Counted from the first letter of the stretch, positions 31,918 through 43,466 are shown. The stretch: 64,000 nt of DNA from an uncultured Chloroflexia bacterium (GCA_963700285.1 CAVOXA010000001.1:896001-960000), one strand, 5' to 3'. Notes: generated by a model not told the origin, from the sequence alone. Translations and numbers: made by a program.

Positions 31918-33686
31918 ATGCCACAACTAGACCGAGCCAGGATCCTTCCCGAGCCGGAACTACCTCCGGTAGCCGAACTACTGTCTGAAGGGCGGCGGCT
32001 AGCCGCGTCGGTGACTGTTGGGTCGTGCCCATTCCTGAGCACCTACGGTGTCCGCTCAGAGAGCGAGTACAAGCGCAGGCAAGCTGCTGAGGGAATACTC
32101 ATGTTCCACGCGCAGTTCGGCTATCGCAGCCTGACCAAGAGCCGCCGGGCCTACGCCGAGATCTATGAGCGGCTGGCGCAGGCAGGCTACCGTGTGGACC
32201 GCTACGGCATCTGCCTGGACTGGAGCATGGGCTACCCGGCCGGCCAGCGGGCAGATATGCCGCGCGGAACCGGCATGATTCTCCGCGGGCCCGAGGATTT
32301 TGCCTCGCTGACCCAGTGGGCGCCGGTGGCCCCTCACTTTGGCGATTTCGTCATAGGCACCCCTGCTTCCGTCGAGAACACGGTGGCCGCGTTGGGCGCG
32401 GGTGCAACCAGCATCGGCAACCTGGGCCAGTACTTTACCTTTCGCCTGCCCAGGTGGGATGATGACGTCAGGACGACCGCCGAGACGGTGAAGGCATTGG
32501 CCCTGTGCGCTACCCAGCCGGTCGAGATCCTGGTCCATTCCAACCTGGATGACGGCTTTGCTGCCCTGTTTTGCGATCTGGCCTGTGGGATTGGCGCGGT
32601 ATTGCTCGAACGCCACATCGTCAACGAACTTGTCGGAGGCAGCGTTTCTCACTGCTACGGCCATACCTTTTCCGAACCGCTGACCCGTCTTGCCTTTCAG
32701 ATATCCCTGGCCCGGGTGACGGACATCCCTGGCAGCATGGTCTATGGCAACACGACCATCTATTGTGGCAGTGAAGTGGAAGACTATGCCAACTTGGCCA
32801 GCTACCTGTTGGTGGATATCGTTGCCCAGCGCAGGAACCCGACCGGCCATGGATTGAACCCAGTACCGGTGACTGAGGCGCTGCGGATTCCCGAGATCGA
32901 CGAGATCGTCGATGCTCACCTCTTTGCCAACCGCTTGGCTCTGCGGGCCGGCGGTTTTAATGACCTGTTTGACTGGGAAGCGGCCGAGGAGATCGCGGAT
33001 CGATTGGTCGAAGGCGGCCAGCGATTTAAGGACCGTGTCCTGAATGGGCTGGCAGGAGCTGGCGTTGATGTCAGGAATCCTTTCGAACTGCTGCTGGCCC
33101 TGCGCCGAGTCGGGGCAAAACGTCTCGAAGAGCTTTATGGGCCCGGCCAGCGCCGGGAAGAGATGCTGCGCCATCGCCTGCCGGTTGTGCGGGCGACGAC
33201 AGTCGCTGCGCTCGAGGCCCAGGGAGACGGGGTGGTGAGCCGTCTGAGCCATTCGGACCGGAACGCTATCCGCGAGGCCGGGTTTACGGCCTGCGTCACC
33301 AGCACCGACGTACACGAGTACGGCAAGATCCTTGTCGAGACCGTGCTGGAACAGCTGGGTGTCAAGGTGATTGACGCTGGAATCAGCGCTGATCCCGATA
33401 GGGTCGCCACCTGCGCGCAGAGGCAGGAGCCGATTTCATCGCCGTCAGTACCTACAACGGCGTAGCCCTGCACTATCTCCAGTCGCTGCGGGAAGAGATG
33501 CCCCGGGTTGAACTGGATGCCCCGGTCTTTGTCGGCGGCAAGCTGAACCAGATCCCAGACGATAGCGCATCGAGTCTGCCGGTTGACGTGTCGGCCGAGC
33601 TCGGTGATCTCGGGGCCATTGTCTGTCTCCGCGTCGAGGACATGTTGGAGGAATTGGTTGTGATAGCACGGGAGCAGGGCCATTGA
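31918..33686 (+). CDS. Uncharacterised cobalamin-dependent enzyme (large N-terminal domain + C-terminal B12-binding domain); one frameshift near 33420
   Basis: TDVHEYGK is a DxHxxG base-off motif. After a 1-nt shift it reads ADFIAVSTYNG...VFVGG, completing the B12 Rossmann domain. GAGGAG RBS. Confidence 0.8.
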
Positions 33687-34493
33687 CCGAGCCATTCGTA
33701 GGACCGGCGCTGCTGACGGAGCTAGCAATGCTTGCGTCGGCGTCATTGGCGTGGGCCATTTGGCTAGCTACCTGGTTGAGGGTCTGAGACGCGCCAGTCC
33801 CGAGACGGAGATCATCCTCTCACCCCGCAATCTCGCGACCTCTGCACGATTGGCTGCGCGTTACGGCGCGACCGTGGCCGCCAACAACCAGGCTGTCGCT
33901 GATGCGGCGGACCTGGTCATCGTGGCCACTCGCCCGGCGGATGCTGTGCCGCGTGTCAGGCCATCGCCTTTCGGCCCGGCCAGACGGTCGTCTCGGTAGC
34001 GGCGGGTCTCGCCCTGCAGGTCCTTGTCCCGGCTGTAGCGCCGGCCAGGGTGGCCCGCGCGCTGCCCATCTCCTGCGCTGCTCTTGACGAGAGCCCGACC
34101 CTGCTTTACCCTGACTTGCCACAGGCCCATGCGCTCTTTGCCCTCCTGGGCCACGTGCACGTGCTGTCCGATGAAACCTGTTTCACCGCGGCCAGTGTGC
34201 TCTCGGCCTTCTACGGTTGGGTCTATGCCCTGCTGGATGAGACGGTTGCCTGGACTGTCCAGGCCGGCGTTCCACGGCAGACGGCCCGCAGCCTCGTTCT
34301 GGAAACAGTCCGGGGAGCAGTGAACATGGCGCTGGCCCAGCCAGAGGAAGATCTGGCGGCCATGTTGGATAGCCTGGCCACGCCCGGCGGCATCACGGCG
34401 TACGGTCTCAAAGTTCTGCGCCAAAAGGATGCGCTGGCCGCCTGGACCGAGGCGCTCGATGCGGTGCTTGAGCGTCTGGGCAGCCCGGGGTGA
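33683..34493 (+). CDS. Pyrroline-5-carboxylate reductase-like protein, frameshifted
   Basis: TTGA overlap with the upstream stop; VGVIGVGHLA Rossmann motif, LSPRN, NQAVADAAD, VARALP, ATPGGITAYGL dimerisation motif. Confidence 0.8.
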
Positions 34494-34635
34494 AGCTCAA
34501 CTTGATGGGGGTGCCGGCGCATGTTATTGCGAGGCGCCGGGGCAGGGTTTTCGCAGGCAAAGGCCTGCCAGCGGCAGCACGAGGCGTCCCGCTGGCCGCT
34601 GGGGCTTGAACCAGGGGTGGACCCGGGATCCCGGG

Positions 34636-36899
34636 CTAATCCGATATCATGAGATTGGTCAGCGCGGCCCATAGGCGTTGCCCCAGGTTTGGCTGCAAGT
34701 CGTCGTGGATGGACAGGTCGTACTCATTATACGACACCGTCTGGCCATCGTGGCTCAGCCTGCAGGTCAGGCGCCAACTGCCTCCAGCAGGTAGCTGCCA
34801 GTCAAGATTATCTACGATCCTGGCAGAATTGGACTCGACATCTATGGTCAGTTCGGTACGACTCGCTGGCTGCCCGTCTCTATCCCACAGGCTTATCCCA
34901 AGGCGGCAATTGGCCAGTACGGCGGCCCTGTCATTGACGATCCACACGCTGGCATGAAACCGGTCACCGGATTGATAGGGCCGCAGCGGGTACTCGACGC
35001 TGACCAGTACGGGCTTGAACAGCCGCCTTACCGTTTCGTAGGCTGGCTTGGGTTGCCGGTGAAAGTCCAGGAGGGACCAGGAGATGGCAGGCCACGGCTC
35101 GTTGAGTTGCCAGATCAGGACACCGCCGCAGCCCTGGGCCTTGCGTCGCCGGTAGTGTTCGATGGCGATCTGCAGGCCTTGGGACTGGGCGCGTTGGCTG
35201 GCCTGAACAAAGCTTTCCAGCGAAGGTTTGCCCTGAGTGAGGTAAGGTTGGGCATAGCGTTTCAGTTTCTGCCAATCCAGCCCCGTGATAGGCCCACGAG
35301 GGCCCTGGCGGCCAGAGGTCCTCGTCGGGTATGAACTGCCGCAGGGCACTCACCTCAGGTGGGGCTTGCAGGCCCAACTCACTGGCAAAGGCAGCTTGGT
35401 CGCGGCAAAAGTGTGAGGGCGGGTACATGTCGTGCCAAACCTGCCAGTTATGGCTGTCGCCATCGCTCGGTGAGGCAAGCAGGAAAGGCCGGGTGGGATC
35501 CGCGTCCTGCAGGACCTGTCTCAGGGCCACCACAAGTTCCTCGTTGCGCTTTGGGCTGAATTCGTTGCCCCCACACCAGATGGCCAGGCAGGCGTGGTTG
35601 CGCAGATCACGGACGACGGCTCGGGCTTCGGACCGGACAAGCTGGAGGTAGCCCGGTGAGCGCGGAAATTGTGTCAAAAAGGCACAGGCAAAAGGGAACT
35701 CTTGCCACACCAGGATGCCAAGCCGATCACAGAGATCGTAGAAAGCACGCTTCTCTCGCAGCCCGCCGCCCCATACGCGCAGCAGGTTCATGTTGGCCCG
35801 GCGGGCGAGTGTCAGTAGGGCGCCATAGTCTGCGCCGGTGACGCGCCCAGGCAGGATATCTGCCGGAACCCAGTTGGCGCCCCGGGCGTAGACATGACGC
35901 CCGTTGATCTTTAGCGTCCAGCCATCCAGTTCTACTTTGCGAAGGCCCACCGTCAGGCTGGATGCATCCATCTGCCGGTCGCCGTCCCACACCTCCACGG
36001 TCAGCCGGTAGAGATGGGGATGGCCGTGATCCCAAGGCCACCATAGCTTAGGCTCTGGTATCACCAGCCTGAGCTTGTGCCGGCTTGAACCTGGCGGCAG
36101 TTCTACGGGCTGTTCAACAACCAAGGGATCTGATTCAAAAGTCTCCCCGGCCAGCGCGAGGCGCAGTCGCGCACGGCCGCCCCAGAGGCTATCAAGCTGT
36201 ATCTCGGCGGTGATACTAGCAGATGATTGAGCCACGTGCTGTTCAATGGCAATGTCCTCGATAAAGACCTCTTGGCTGGCGATCAGGTACACATCGTCCC
36301 AAATACCCATGGTCCGCAGGGGCGGGGCGAAATCCCAGCCAAAACTCATCTGGCACTTTAGCGTGTCGCGCCGGTGGGGGAAGCGGCCCGGCATGTTTCC
36401 CAGTGTGGCCTCTATCCGATTCCAGAGCTTCTCCCAAGGGCTGCTCCGGTCGCACGGCAGCCACCTGGAGCCCAGCAGCCGAACAGCCAGCTGGTTCTGG
36501 CTGCCAAGCAGCGTAGTGACGTCCCGAACTTGGGGCGAGAACATCCCTTCGTGGCGACCCAGATAATGCCCATTGAGAAACAGGTCCGCCGATATAGTCG
36601 ACACCGCGCAGGACGAGGTGCACTCGGCCACCGGCACTGGCAGGATGGGGGAAATCCCGGACCAGCCACCAGCAATGGTTGTCTACCCATTGGGCAGCCT
36701 CAGGACCAGTGGCATAGGCAAGTTCAGGCAGGCGGCCGGCGCGAACTAGGTCTGCCCGGACGTTGCCGGGGACTTGGGCGGGCAGCCACTCGACCACCCC
36801 TTCCATCTCCTGCCACGCGGCGCGCTCAGGCGCGGCATTGGCTGGCGCCTGGCCCAGGCGCCAGTCGTTGCCGTTTAACTCGACGATTCGACGGGGCAT
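34636..36899 (-). CDS. Glycoside hydrolase family 2, beta-mannosidase-like, frameshifted
   Basis: VPGNVRADL, GVDY, FGWDFAP, LWWPWDHGHPHLY, RGANWVP, NLLRVWGGG, IWCGGNE, ASELG, WQLNEPWP. Confidence 0.9.
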
Positions 36900-37023
36900 T
36901 CTTGCTCCACAATGGCTGAAACGGTTCAGGGCGTCGCCATCTCGAGGAACGGGCAGGCTTTGGCCGCGCCCATGCCTGGAGAGCTGCCTGGCCTGTTGAT
37001 CTCTACCAGGAATCACACAGCCC

Positions 37024-37060
37024 AAACCAAAACCACCGGACCCAGTCGGATCCGGTGGTC
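37024..37060 (-). terminator. Intrinsic terminator of the 6S RNA
   Basis: Minus strand ACCACCGGA...TCCGGTGGT followed by TTTGGTTT. Confidence 0.75.
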
Positions 37061-37069
37061 TTGTGGGCT

Positions 37070-37250
37070 AAACCCCCGCTGTGCCGTGTGTCTTGTTGGT
37101 GTTGAACCTGTTTTAACAGGTGGGTGTCTACCCATCGGTTACTGCCTTGCCCTCGATGGGGCTATCGCATCCCCTCTGGCGCCCGACTCCCTTTGTTCGG
37201 GTGTTGGCTCAACCCTCTCTACAGACATCACGTACACAGCAGGGTACTTT
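37070..37250 (-). ncRNA. ssrS: 6S RNA
   Basis: About 180 nt. The 5' CCCTGCTGTGTACGTG..TGTCT pairs with the 3' AGACACACGGCACAGCGGGG. Conserved-looking CCCGAAC..GGGAG and CACCCACCTG..AGGTTCAA segments. Has its own promoter and terminator and lies downstream of aspS. Confidence 0.85.
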
Positions 37251-37258
37251 CTTTGTCC

Positions 37259-37287
37259 ATGATACCATAGATCCCAGAAATGCGCAA
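37259..37287 (-). promoter_or_regulatory. Promoter of the 6S RNA
   Basis: Minus strand TTGCGC-17-TATCAT with an extended TG. Confidence 0.65.
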
Positions 37288-37393
37288 GTTACCAAAACCT
37301 CACGCAAAAGTCACCGTAAGTACCCATCAGCAAATGCTCTAGCCCTCTTCTCGAGGGGCGGTGCATGCCCCGCGAAAGGTCCAAGGCTATGAG

Positions 37394-39163
37394 TCACTCG
37401 ACCAGGCGGATGTGCAGGTCCTGGAGCTGCGTTGTCCGCTACCGGCGAGGGTGCGCCCACCATCGGATCGGCGGCATTCTGGGTCTTGGGGAAGGCCATC
37501 ACCTCACGGATGTTGGGCTCGCCGGCCAGGAGCATCACCAGGCGGTCGATGCCAGGGGCGATGCCGCCGTGGGGCGGCGTGCCATATTCAAAAGCCTCCA
37601 GCATGTGACCAAACTGCTGCTTGGGCATCCTCCACGTCCAGGCCGATGAGTTCAAAGACTTTCTCCTGGATCTCCCGTTGGTGGATTCGGATGCTGCCAC
37701 CGCCGATCTCATAGTCGTTGCAGACCAGGTCGTACTGCTGCCCGCGAACCGCCCCGGGATCCGTGTCCAGCAGGGGCACGTCTTCGGGCATGGGCGCGGT
37801 AAAGAGGTGGTGGCTGGGATCCCAGCGTTGCTTCCTCGTCGTTCCAGCTCAAAGAGCGGAAAGTCGATGATCCAGACCAGGGCCAGTACGCGGTCGTCGC
37901 GCAAGCCCAGGCGGTCGCCCAGTTCGACCCGGAGGCGGCCGAGCGCCTCGGCGACGATGGCTCGGCTGGTCGGCGACAAACAGCAGCAGGTCTCCAGGCC
38001 GCCCTCCATCCGCTCGACGATGGCTGCCACCGTCTCCTCATCCAGGAACTTGGCAAAGGAGGAACGCACACCGTCTTCTTCGACCGCCAGCCAGGCCAAG
38101 CCCTTGGCCCCGTGTGTCTTGGACAAAGTCGGCCAGCTCGTCAATCTGCTTGCGGCTGTAGCTCGCCAAGCCCCTCGGCGCGGATGCCCTTGACCTGCCC
38201 CCCGCCGGCGACGGCCCGGCTGAACACGCCAAAGCCACTCGTCTGCTACCAGGTCGCCGATCGTCTACCAGCTCCATGCCAAAGCGCAGATCGGGATTGT
38301 CCTTGCCAAATCGCTCAATTGCCTCCCGATAGGTGAGTCGCGGGAAGGGTTTGAAGAGCAGTTTCTTGTCGCTTACCTCCTCAACCAGGCGGGTGTACAT
38401 CTCTTCGATGAGCTGCATGACATCTTCCCGCTCGACAAAACTCATCTCCAGGTCGAGTTGGGTGAACTCGGGTTGCCGGTCGCCGCGCAGGTCTTCGTCG
38501 CGAAAGCAGCGGGCGATCTGGAAATAGCGCTCAAACCCGGCAACCATGAGCAGCTGCTTGAGCTGCTGGGGTGATTGGGGCAGGGCATAGAAGCTGCCGG
38601 GATGGACGCGGCTGGGCACCAGATAGTCGCGGGCCCCCTCGGGAGTGCTCTTGGTCAGGATCGGGGTCTCGATCTCGATAAAGCCCTCTCTCATCCAGAA
38701 AATCGCGTATGAACTTGATGACGCGATGGCGCAGGATGCCATGTTGCGCTGCATGCGCTCGCGGCGCAGGTCCAGGTAGCGGTATTTGAGGCGTAGCGCT
38801 TCGGCCTCGCCCGCTTCGCGGTCGATGTAGAAGGGGGGCGTCTTGGACTGGTTGAGCACGGTCACCGCTCGGGCCGCAACCTCCACGCTGCCCGTGGGCA
38901 TATCAAGGTTCTCCGTGCCCGCCGGGCGTTGCTGGACGGTGCCCTGGATCTGAAGGACCCATTCGGCGCGGGCCTGTTCGGCGACGGCAAAGGCTTCGGG
39001 CGCGCTTCCTGGTCGAAGGTCACCTGGACAATGCCAGAGCGGTCGCGCAGGTTGACAAAGAGCACGCCGCCGTGGCTCCGGTAGCGGTGTACCCATCCGG
39101 CAAGAAGGACAGTCTGGCCGATATGCTCGTGTTCAGCTCGCCGCAGTTGTGGGTCTTGAGCAT
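37394..39163 (-). CDS. aspS: Aspartate--tRNA ligase, multiple frameshifts (probable sequencing errors)
   Basis: [83 protein letters not shown]. Confidence 0.95.
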
Positions 39164-39288
39164 GGTGTTGCCTCCGGTTCGCCAGATGCACTGGTCTGGA
39201 CAAGTTGTTCTCCTTCATCACGACCGTGGCCTGGCAGCTTGCCTGTGGACCAGTGGCGGCAGCCCGTGACCGGCCAAGATTGGGACGT

Positions 39289-39317
39289 ATGATACAATGG
39301 GCCAGGGAAAAAGTCAA
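39289..39317 (-). promoter_or_regulatory. Promoter of aspS
   Basis: Minus strand TTGACT-17-TATCAT. Confidence 0.65.
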
Positions 39318-39516
39318 GCCCTTGTGTTCCTGGCCCATCATGCGTCCCCGGTGAAACAATGACCGAAAGTACACTTGTTGGGTTGCCCATGGATCAGACC
39401 CCCGGGATGGAGAATCCTTAGAAAGCGGCGCAAGGAGATCGGGGTTGCCCGGCACTGGAACGGGCATTCAGAACCTTCGAGGGTATGCCTGTTGAATAGG
39501 GTTGATGCCAGCCCCG

Positions 39517-40311
39517 CTAGTACCTGAAATAGTCTACCAGCCTGCCCTGCGTATCGCGCAGGTATGCCGAGTCGCCGTCGTTATTCCACACGGCGTCTTC
39601 GGTCAGGCCCCAGTACAATGTTCCACTGCCATCACGCCCCATGCCACTGTGTAATTTCAGCAGATCGCCGGGTGCCAGGTTTACGGATGGGAAAGTATAG
39701 ATGTGGTTGGCCCCGTCCTTCAGCGAAAAGCCAGCGAGGTCGATGGGCTCCGAGCCCTCATTTTCAAATACGATCCACTCGCCATTGGGATTCTGGTGGT
39801 CCGGGCCCGGGGCGTCGTAAGAGATCTCGCGGATTTTAACAGGGACATCGGCCAATGCCCAAAGCCCCACCTCGTCCTTCCGGGCTCTCTGCTCGGCAGC
39901 CAGGATCTCTTTGCTGTACCGCACGTTGGGTGGCTCTGTGTAGGCATTGGCATAGCCCTGGCCGACCAGTTCCAGGTTGACAAAGTGACCCCCGACCCAC
40001 AAGTAGGCCAGTGTCCGGCCGAAGCGGTCGGTAGGCTGGCTGTCCAGGACCATCCACGCCGACTGGCCCTCGGTCAGACGGCGGTTCGCCGCAGTTGCCT
40101 CTTCGTAGAAGGGCTGGCCGCGTTCTGGTGTGTTGATGCCCAGGTAGCGAACCCGGCGCCCATCGGCCAGTTCCACGGTATCGCCGTCCAGCACATGGGC
40201 GATCTTGACTTGCTGGCCGTCGCTCGGTGTGGGAGATGCGGGCGCACCGTCGCAGCCCAGGCTCAGGGAGACAAGGATGCACAGGGCCGCGATGCCGCGC
40301 AGGCTTCCCAT
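39517..40311 (-). CDS. Lipoprotein thermonuclease (SNase) + lamin-tail domain
   Basis: Lipobox LSLGC; VLDGDT, VRYLGINTPE, DRFGRTLAY; LTD NGEWI..N...IDLAGFSLKD...VWNNDGD. Confidence 0.9.
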   Translation of the reverse strand: MGSLRGIAALCILVSLSLGCDGAPASPTPSDGQQVKIAHVLDGDTVELADGRRVRYLGINTPERGQPFYEEATAANRRLTEGQSAWMVLDSQPTDRFGRTLAYLWVGGHFVNLELVGQGYANAYTEPPNVRYSKEILAAEQRARKDEVGLWALADVPVKIREISYDAPGPDHQNPNGEWIVFENEGSEPIDLAGFSLKDGANHIYTFPSVNLAPGDLLKLHSGMGRDGSGTLYWGLTEDAVWNNDGDSAYLRDTQGRLVDYFRY

Positions 40312-40319
40312 CAGAATGA

Positions 40320-41312
40320 CTAAATCTCTATGGGTGCTGCCAGGACAGCCAGCAGCAACTTGGCCGCATTCTCGACGTCATCCATGTCGACCATCTCGGA
40401 TTGGGTGTGGACGTGGCGGCAGGCGATAGACACGCAGGTGGATGGCACGCCGCTACGGGCCAGTTGCATGGCCGCCGCGTCCGTGGTACCTCCGACGAGG
40501 ACTTCTAACTGGTAAGGAATGTCCTGCGCTTCGGCAATCTCAATCAGGCGGTCATTGAGTTCAGGATGGGACAGCATGCCCGAATCCATGATCTTGATGC
40601 AAGGTCCATCGCCCAGTCTCATGGCCAGTTTGGCCGCCTCGGGGGTATCTGCGGCGATGGTGACGTCCAGGGCGATGCCGAGGTCCGGGTCGAGTTCGTA
40701 GGCACTGGTACGGGCTCCCCGCAGGCCCACTTCTTCCTGCACGCTGAAAACAAAAAAGATGTCGTGGGGCGAATCGCCTATCTGCCGCAGTACCTCTACC
40801 AGCACAGCGCAACCAATGCGGTCGTCAAGGGCCTTGGCCACGATCCTTTTGCCCAGATCGGCGAAAGGGCGCACAAAGCCCACCGCCTGGCCCAGGCGTG
40901 CCTGAACCTCCTCGCGGTGGGTGGCGCCCATGTCCAAAAAAAGCTTGGCCAACTCTGGCTTGTCGCTGAATTCGCGCCGGCTCTCGGGGGCAATCACGCC
41001 CTGCGCCCCGTCGGAAAACTGTACGCGACCGCCGACCAAAGTCATGGGATTGATGCCACCGACGGGTTGGAAGCGCAGAAACCCCTTTTCATCCACGTAG
41101 CTGATGATCAGACCGATTTCGTCCATGTGGGCGGCGAGCATAATCTTCTTGCCCTGGCCGTTGCCCTTCTTGAACGCGATCAGGTTACCCAGAGTGTCCA
41201 CGCGCAGTTCGTCGGCATGGGGTTGCACTTCGCCGCGGATGATCTCGCGGATCTGTTCTTCATTGCCGGAAGGTCCGTAGGCCTCGGTCAAGCGCTTAAT
41301 CAGCTCTTTCAT
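40320..41312 (-). CDS. M42 family (TET) metallo-aminopeptidase
   Basis: GPSGNE, AAHMDE, KALDDR, QEEVGLRG, GGTTD, RHVH. Confidence 0.9.
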   Translation of the reverse strand: MKELIKRLTEAYGPSGNEEQIREIIRGEVQPHADELRVDTLGNLIAFKKGNGQGKKIMLAAHMDEIGLIISYVDEKGFLRFQPVGGINPMTLVGGRVQFSDGAQGVIAPESRREFSDKPELAKLFLDMGATHREEVQARLGQAVGFVRPFADLGKRIVAKALDDRIGCAVLVEVLRQIGDSPHDIFFVFSVQEEVGLRGARTSAYELDPDLGIALDVTIAADTPEAAKLAMRLGDGPCIKIMDSGMLSHPELNDRLIEIAEAQDIPYQLEVLVGGTTDAAAMQLARSGVPSTCVSIACRHVHTQSEMVDMDDVENAAKLLLAVLAAPIEI

Positions 41313-41330
41313 GTTCATCTCCTCACAGCA

Positions 41331-42380
41331 TCATCCATCGCTCGCCAATACCCATCTCTCAGGCAAGGCGTGCAGGGTGGCTTTCATCAGGCTCACCAGA
41401 TTGTCATAATCGTTCAAGCTCAGAATGCCCACCGGGGTATGGATGTAGCGGCACGGGACCGCCACGGTCACCGAGGGCACGCCGGATTTGGTCAAGTGAA
41501 TGGCGCCGGCATCGGTGGCACCAACGCCGGGTTGCTTGAACTGGTACGGGATCCCCTTCGCCTCGGCCGTATCGACCAGAAGACGGACCAGCCGCTTGTC
41601 AGCAAAGAAGGACCGATCCATCATGGTAATCGCCGGTCCCTTGCCCAGCTCCGTAGTAGGGCTGGTGTCCCCTTTCTTTGGTGTGTCGTCGCAGACTGTC
41701 CCCTCCAAGGCAAAAGCTACGTCCGGATCGATGCGGTAGGCGGCCACCCGTGCGCCGCGCAGCCCAACTTCCTCCTGGACACTGAAGGCGAGGTAGAGGT
41801 CAACTTCGTAGGCATCGTCGGCAAGGGCCGCGGCCACGGCGCATCCTGCGCGATCATCGAAGGCTTTGCCCTTGACCGCGCGCAGACCGTCCTCGGCGAG
41901 TACCTGGAACCGCGTGTCAAACGCCACATAGTCGCCCAACTTGACCAGCTTTTTCGCCTCGTCCTCGCTGGGCGCGCCGATGTCTATGGTCAGTTGATCG
42001 ATGTCGATCACCTGCTCGAGCTGGCTGGCTTTCGTCAGATGGATGGGCGGTGCCGTGATGACGCCGGGCAGTCGTTTCTCGCCGACGACCACGCCCTTGG
42101 CCAGCAGAAGCCGGGCGCCAATGCCGCCCACTGGTTGAAAGCCCAACAGTCCGTTCTTGTCGATACGCGTGATCATGAGGCCGACTTCGTCGGTGTGGGC
42201 ATCGACCATGACCTTCAGGCGGGGCGTGGCGCCGCTGCCCTTTTTGAAGGCAATCAGGTTGCCCAGGGCATCGGTACTGAGTTCATCGACTTTGTCCTTC
42301 AGGGTGCGGGCCAGTATGCGGCGCACCTCGTCTTCGTTTCCGGAAGGACCAAAGGCATTGGACAGTTCTTCTAGCAGCAA
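41331..42380 (-). CDS. M42 family (TET) metallo-aminopeptidase
   Basis: GPSGNE, DAHTDE, KAFDDR, QEEVGLRG, ALEGT, RYIH. Confidence 0.9.
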   Translation of the reverse strand: MLLEELSNAFGPSGNEDEVRRILARTLKDKVDELSTDALGNLIAFKKGSGATPRLKVMVDAHTDEVGLMITRIDKNGLLGFQPVGGIGARLLLAKGVVVGEKRLPGVITAPPIHLTKASQLEQVIDIDQLTIDIGAPSEDEAKKLVKLGDYVAFDTRFQVLAEDGLRAVKGKAFDDRAGCAVAAALADDAYEVDLYLAFSVQEEVGLRGARVAAYRIDPDVAFALEGTVCDDTPKKGDTSPTTELGKGPAITMMDRSFFADKRLVRLLVDTAEAKGIPYQFKQPGVGATDAGAIHLTKSGVPSVTVAVPCRYIHTPVGILSLNDYDNLVSLMKATLHALPERWVLASDG

Positions 42381-42389
42381 AGTGGCCTC

Positions 42390-43466
42390 CTACGATTTCT
42401 CGTCATCCAACCCCAGATCCCAGGTGAGACTATCCAGAAATCCCCCGTCCAGGCGAGCAATAAACGCGGCCAGCAGCCTGCCTGTGCGCTCTACATCTTT
42501 GATTGATACCGTCTCAACCGGTGTATGCATGTTGCGCTGGGGGATACCCAGCAGTGCGGTGGGGATGCCCTCTCGAGCGATCTGGATGGCGTAGGCGTCG
42601 GTACCGCCCGGACGGGTGGAAGGTTCGATGTGGTAATTCATCTCCAGGGCCTGGGCCGTTTCAACCAGGGCCTGCTGGAGTTTGGGGTGAAAATTGGGCC
42701 CGCAAGGAATGGTCGGCCCCTTGCCTAGCTCAAAGGTATACTCGTCGGCAGTTCCGGGCTGTTTGGCCCATGTCACGTCGATGGCGATACCCACGTCCGG
42801 CTTAAGCCCGTAAGTGCTGGTGATGGCACCCTGGTAGCCTACCTCTTCCTGTACGGTGGCAACAGCATAGACGTCCCACTCGTGGCGCATCCGGACGAGT
42901 TCCTCCAGGCAGACTGCGGCGGCGGCGACGGATACCCGGTTGTCCAGGGCCTTGCCCGACACGAGCCCGCCCTGCAGTTCGACCAATTGCCGATTCATCG
43001 TGATCAGATCGCCGACGCGCACGAGACTGGGCAACTCCTCCGGCATCCGACCCACGTCAATGAGCAGCTTGTCAGAGGGAACGGGCTTGTCCTGCTCGCT
43101 TCTCGGCAGGACGTGGGGAGGGCGCGCGCCAATGACACCGGGCAGGTCCTGGCGCCCATGTACCACAACTTCCTGGCCCAGGAGTACCCGGTCATCGTAG
43201 CCGCCTACCTGTTGAAAGTGGATGAAGCCTTTCTCGATCTGGGACACGATGAGACCGATTTCGTCCATGTGGGTGGCCAGCATGATGGTCTGTCGTGGCT
43301 GCGGCCCGGTGCCATCTTTCCGGGCGATGACGTTGCCAAGGCGGTCTATCCGCACCATGTCGGAATGGCAGCCAAATACCTCCTTGACAACCTGTCGAAC
43401 CTCATGTTCGTAGCCCGATACACCGCGGGCCTCCGACAGGCGCTTCAACAACGGCACAATGTCCAC
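42390..43466 (-). CDS. M42 family (TET) metallo-aminopeptidase
   Basis: GVSGYE, THMDE, KALDNR, QEEVG, AIDVT, GTDA, RNMH. Confidence 0.9.
   Translation of the reverse strand: MDIVPLLKRLSEARGVSGYEHEVRQVVKEVFGCHSDMVRIDRLGNVIARKDGTGPQPRQTIMLATHMDEIGLIVSQIEKGFIHFQQVGGYDDRVLLGQEVVVHGRQDLPGVIGARPPHVLPRSEQDKPVPSDKLLIDVGRMPEELPSLVRVGDLITMNRQLVELQGGLVSGKALDNRVSVAAAAVCLEELVRMRHEWDVYAVATVQEEVGYQGAITSTYGLKPDVGIAIDVTWAKQPGTADEYTFELGKGPTIPCGPNFHPKLQQALVETAQALEMNYHIEPSTRPGGTDAYAIQIAREGIPTALLGIPQRNMHTPVETVSIKDVERTGRLLAAFIARLDGGFLDSLTWDLGLDDEKS

Noticed and set aside
37394-39163. aspS (and other broken genes) as true pseudogenes or programmed frameshifts
   Set aside because: aspS is essential and all motifs are intact. 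There are many scattered 1-nt indels with no slippery-site pattern, which best fits sequencing error.
39164-39288. T-box riboswitch upstream of aspS
   Set aside because: The leader is about 120 nt with no GGTGGNACCGCG T-box or terminator; only an 8-bp stem (CACTGGTC/GACCAGTG).
40566-42374. Long antisense ORFs (602 aa here; also 2976-4250, 8897-10117, 32056-33315, 61936-62979)
   Set aside because: Shadow frames opposite well-supported genes in GC-rich DNA; no recognisable motifs.
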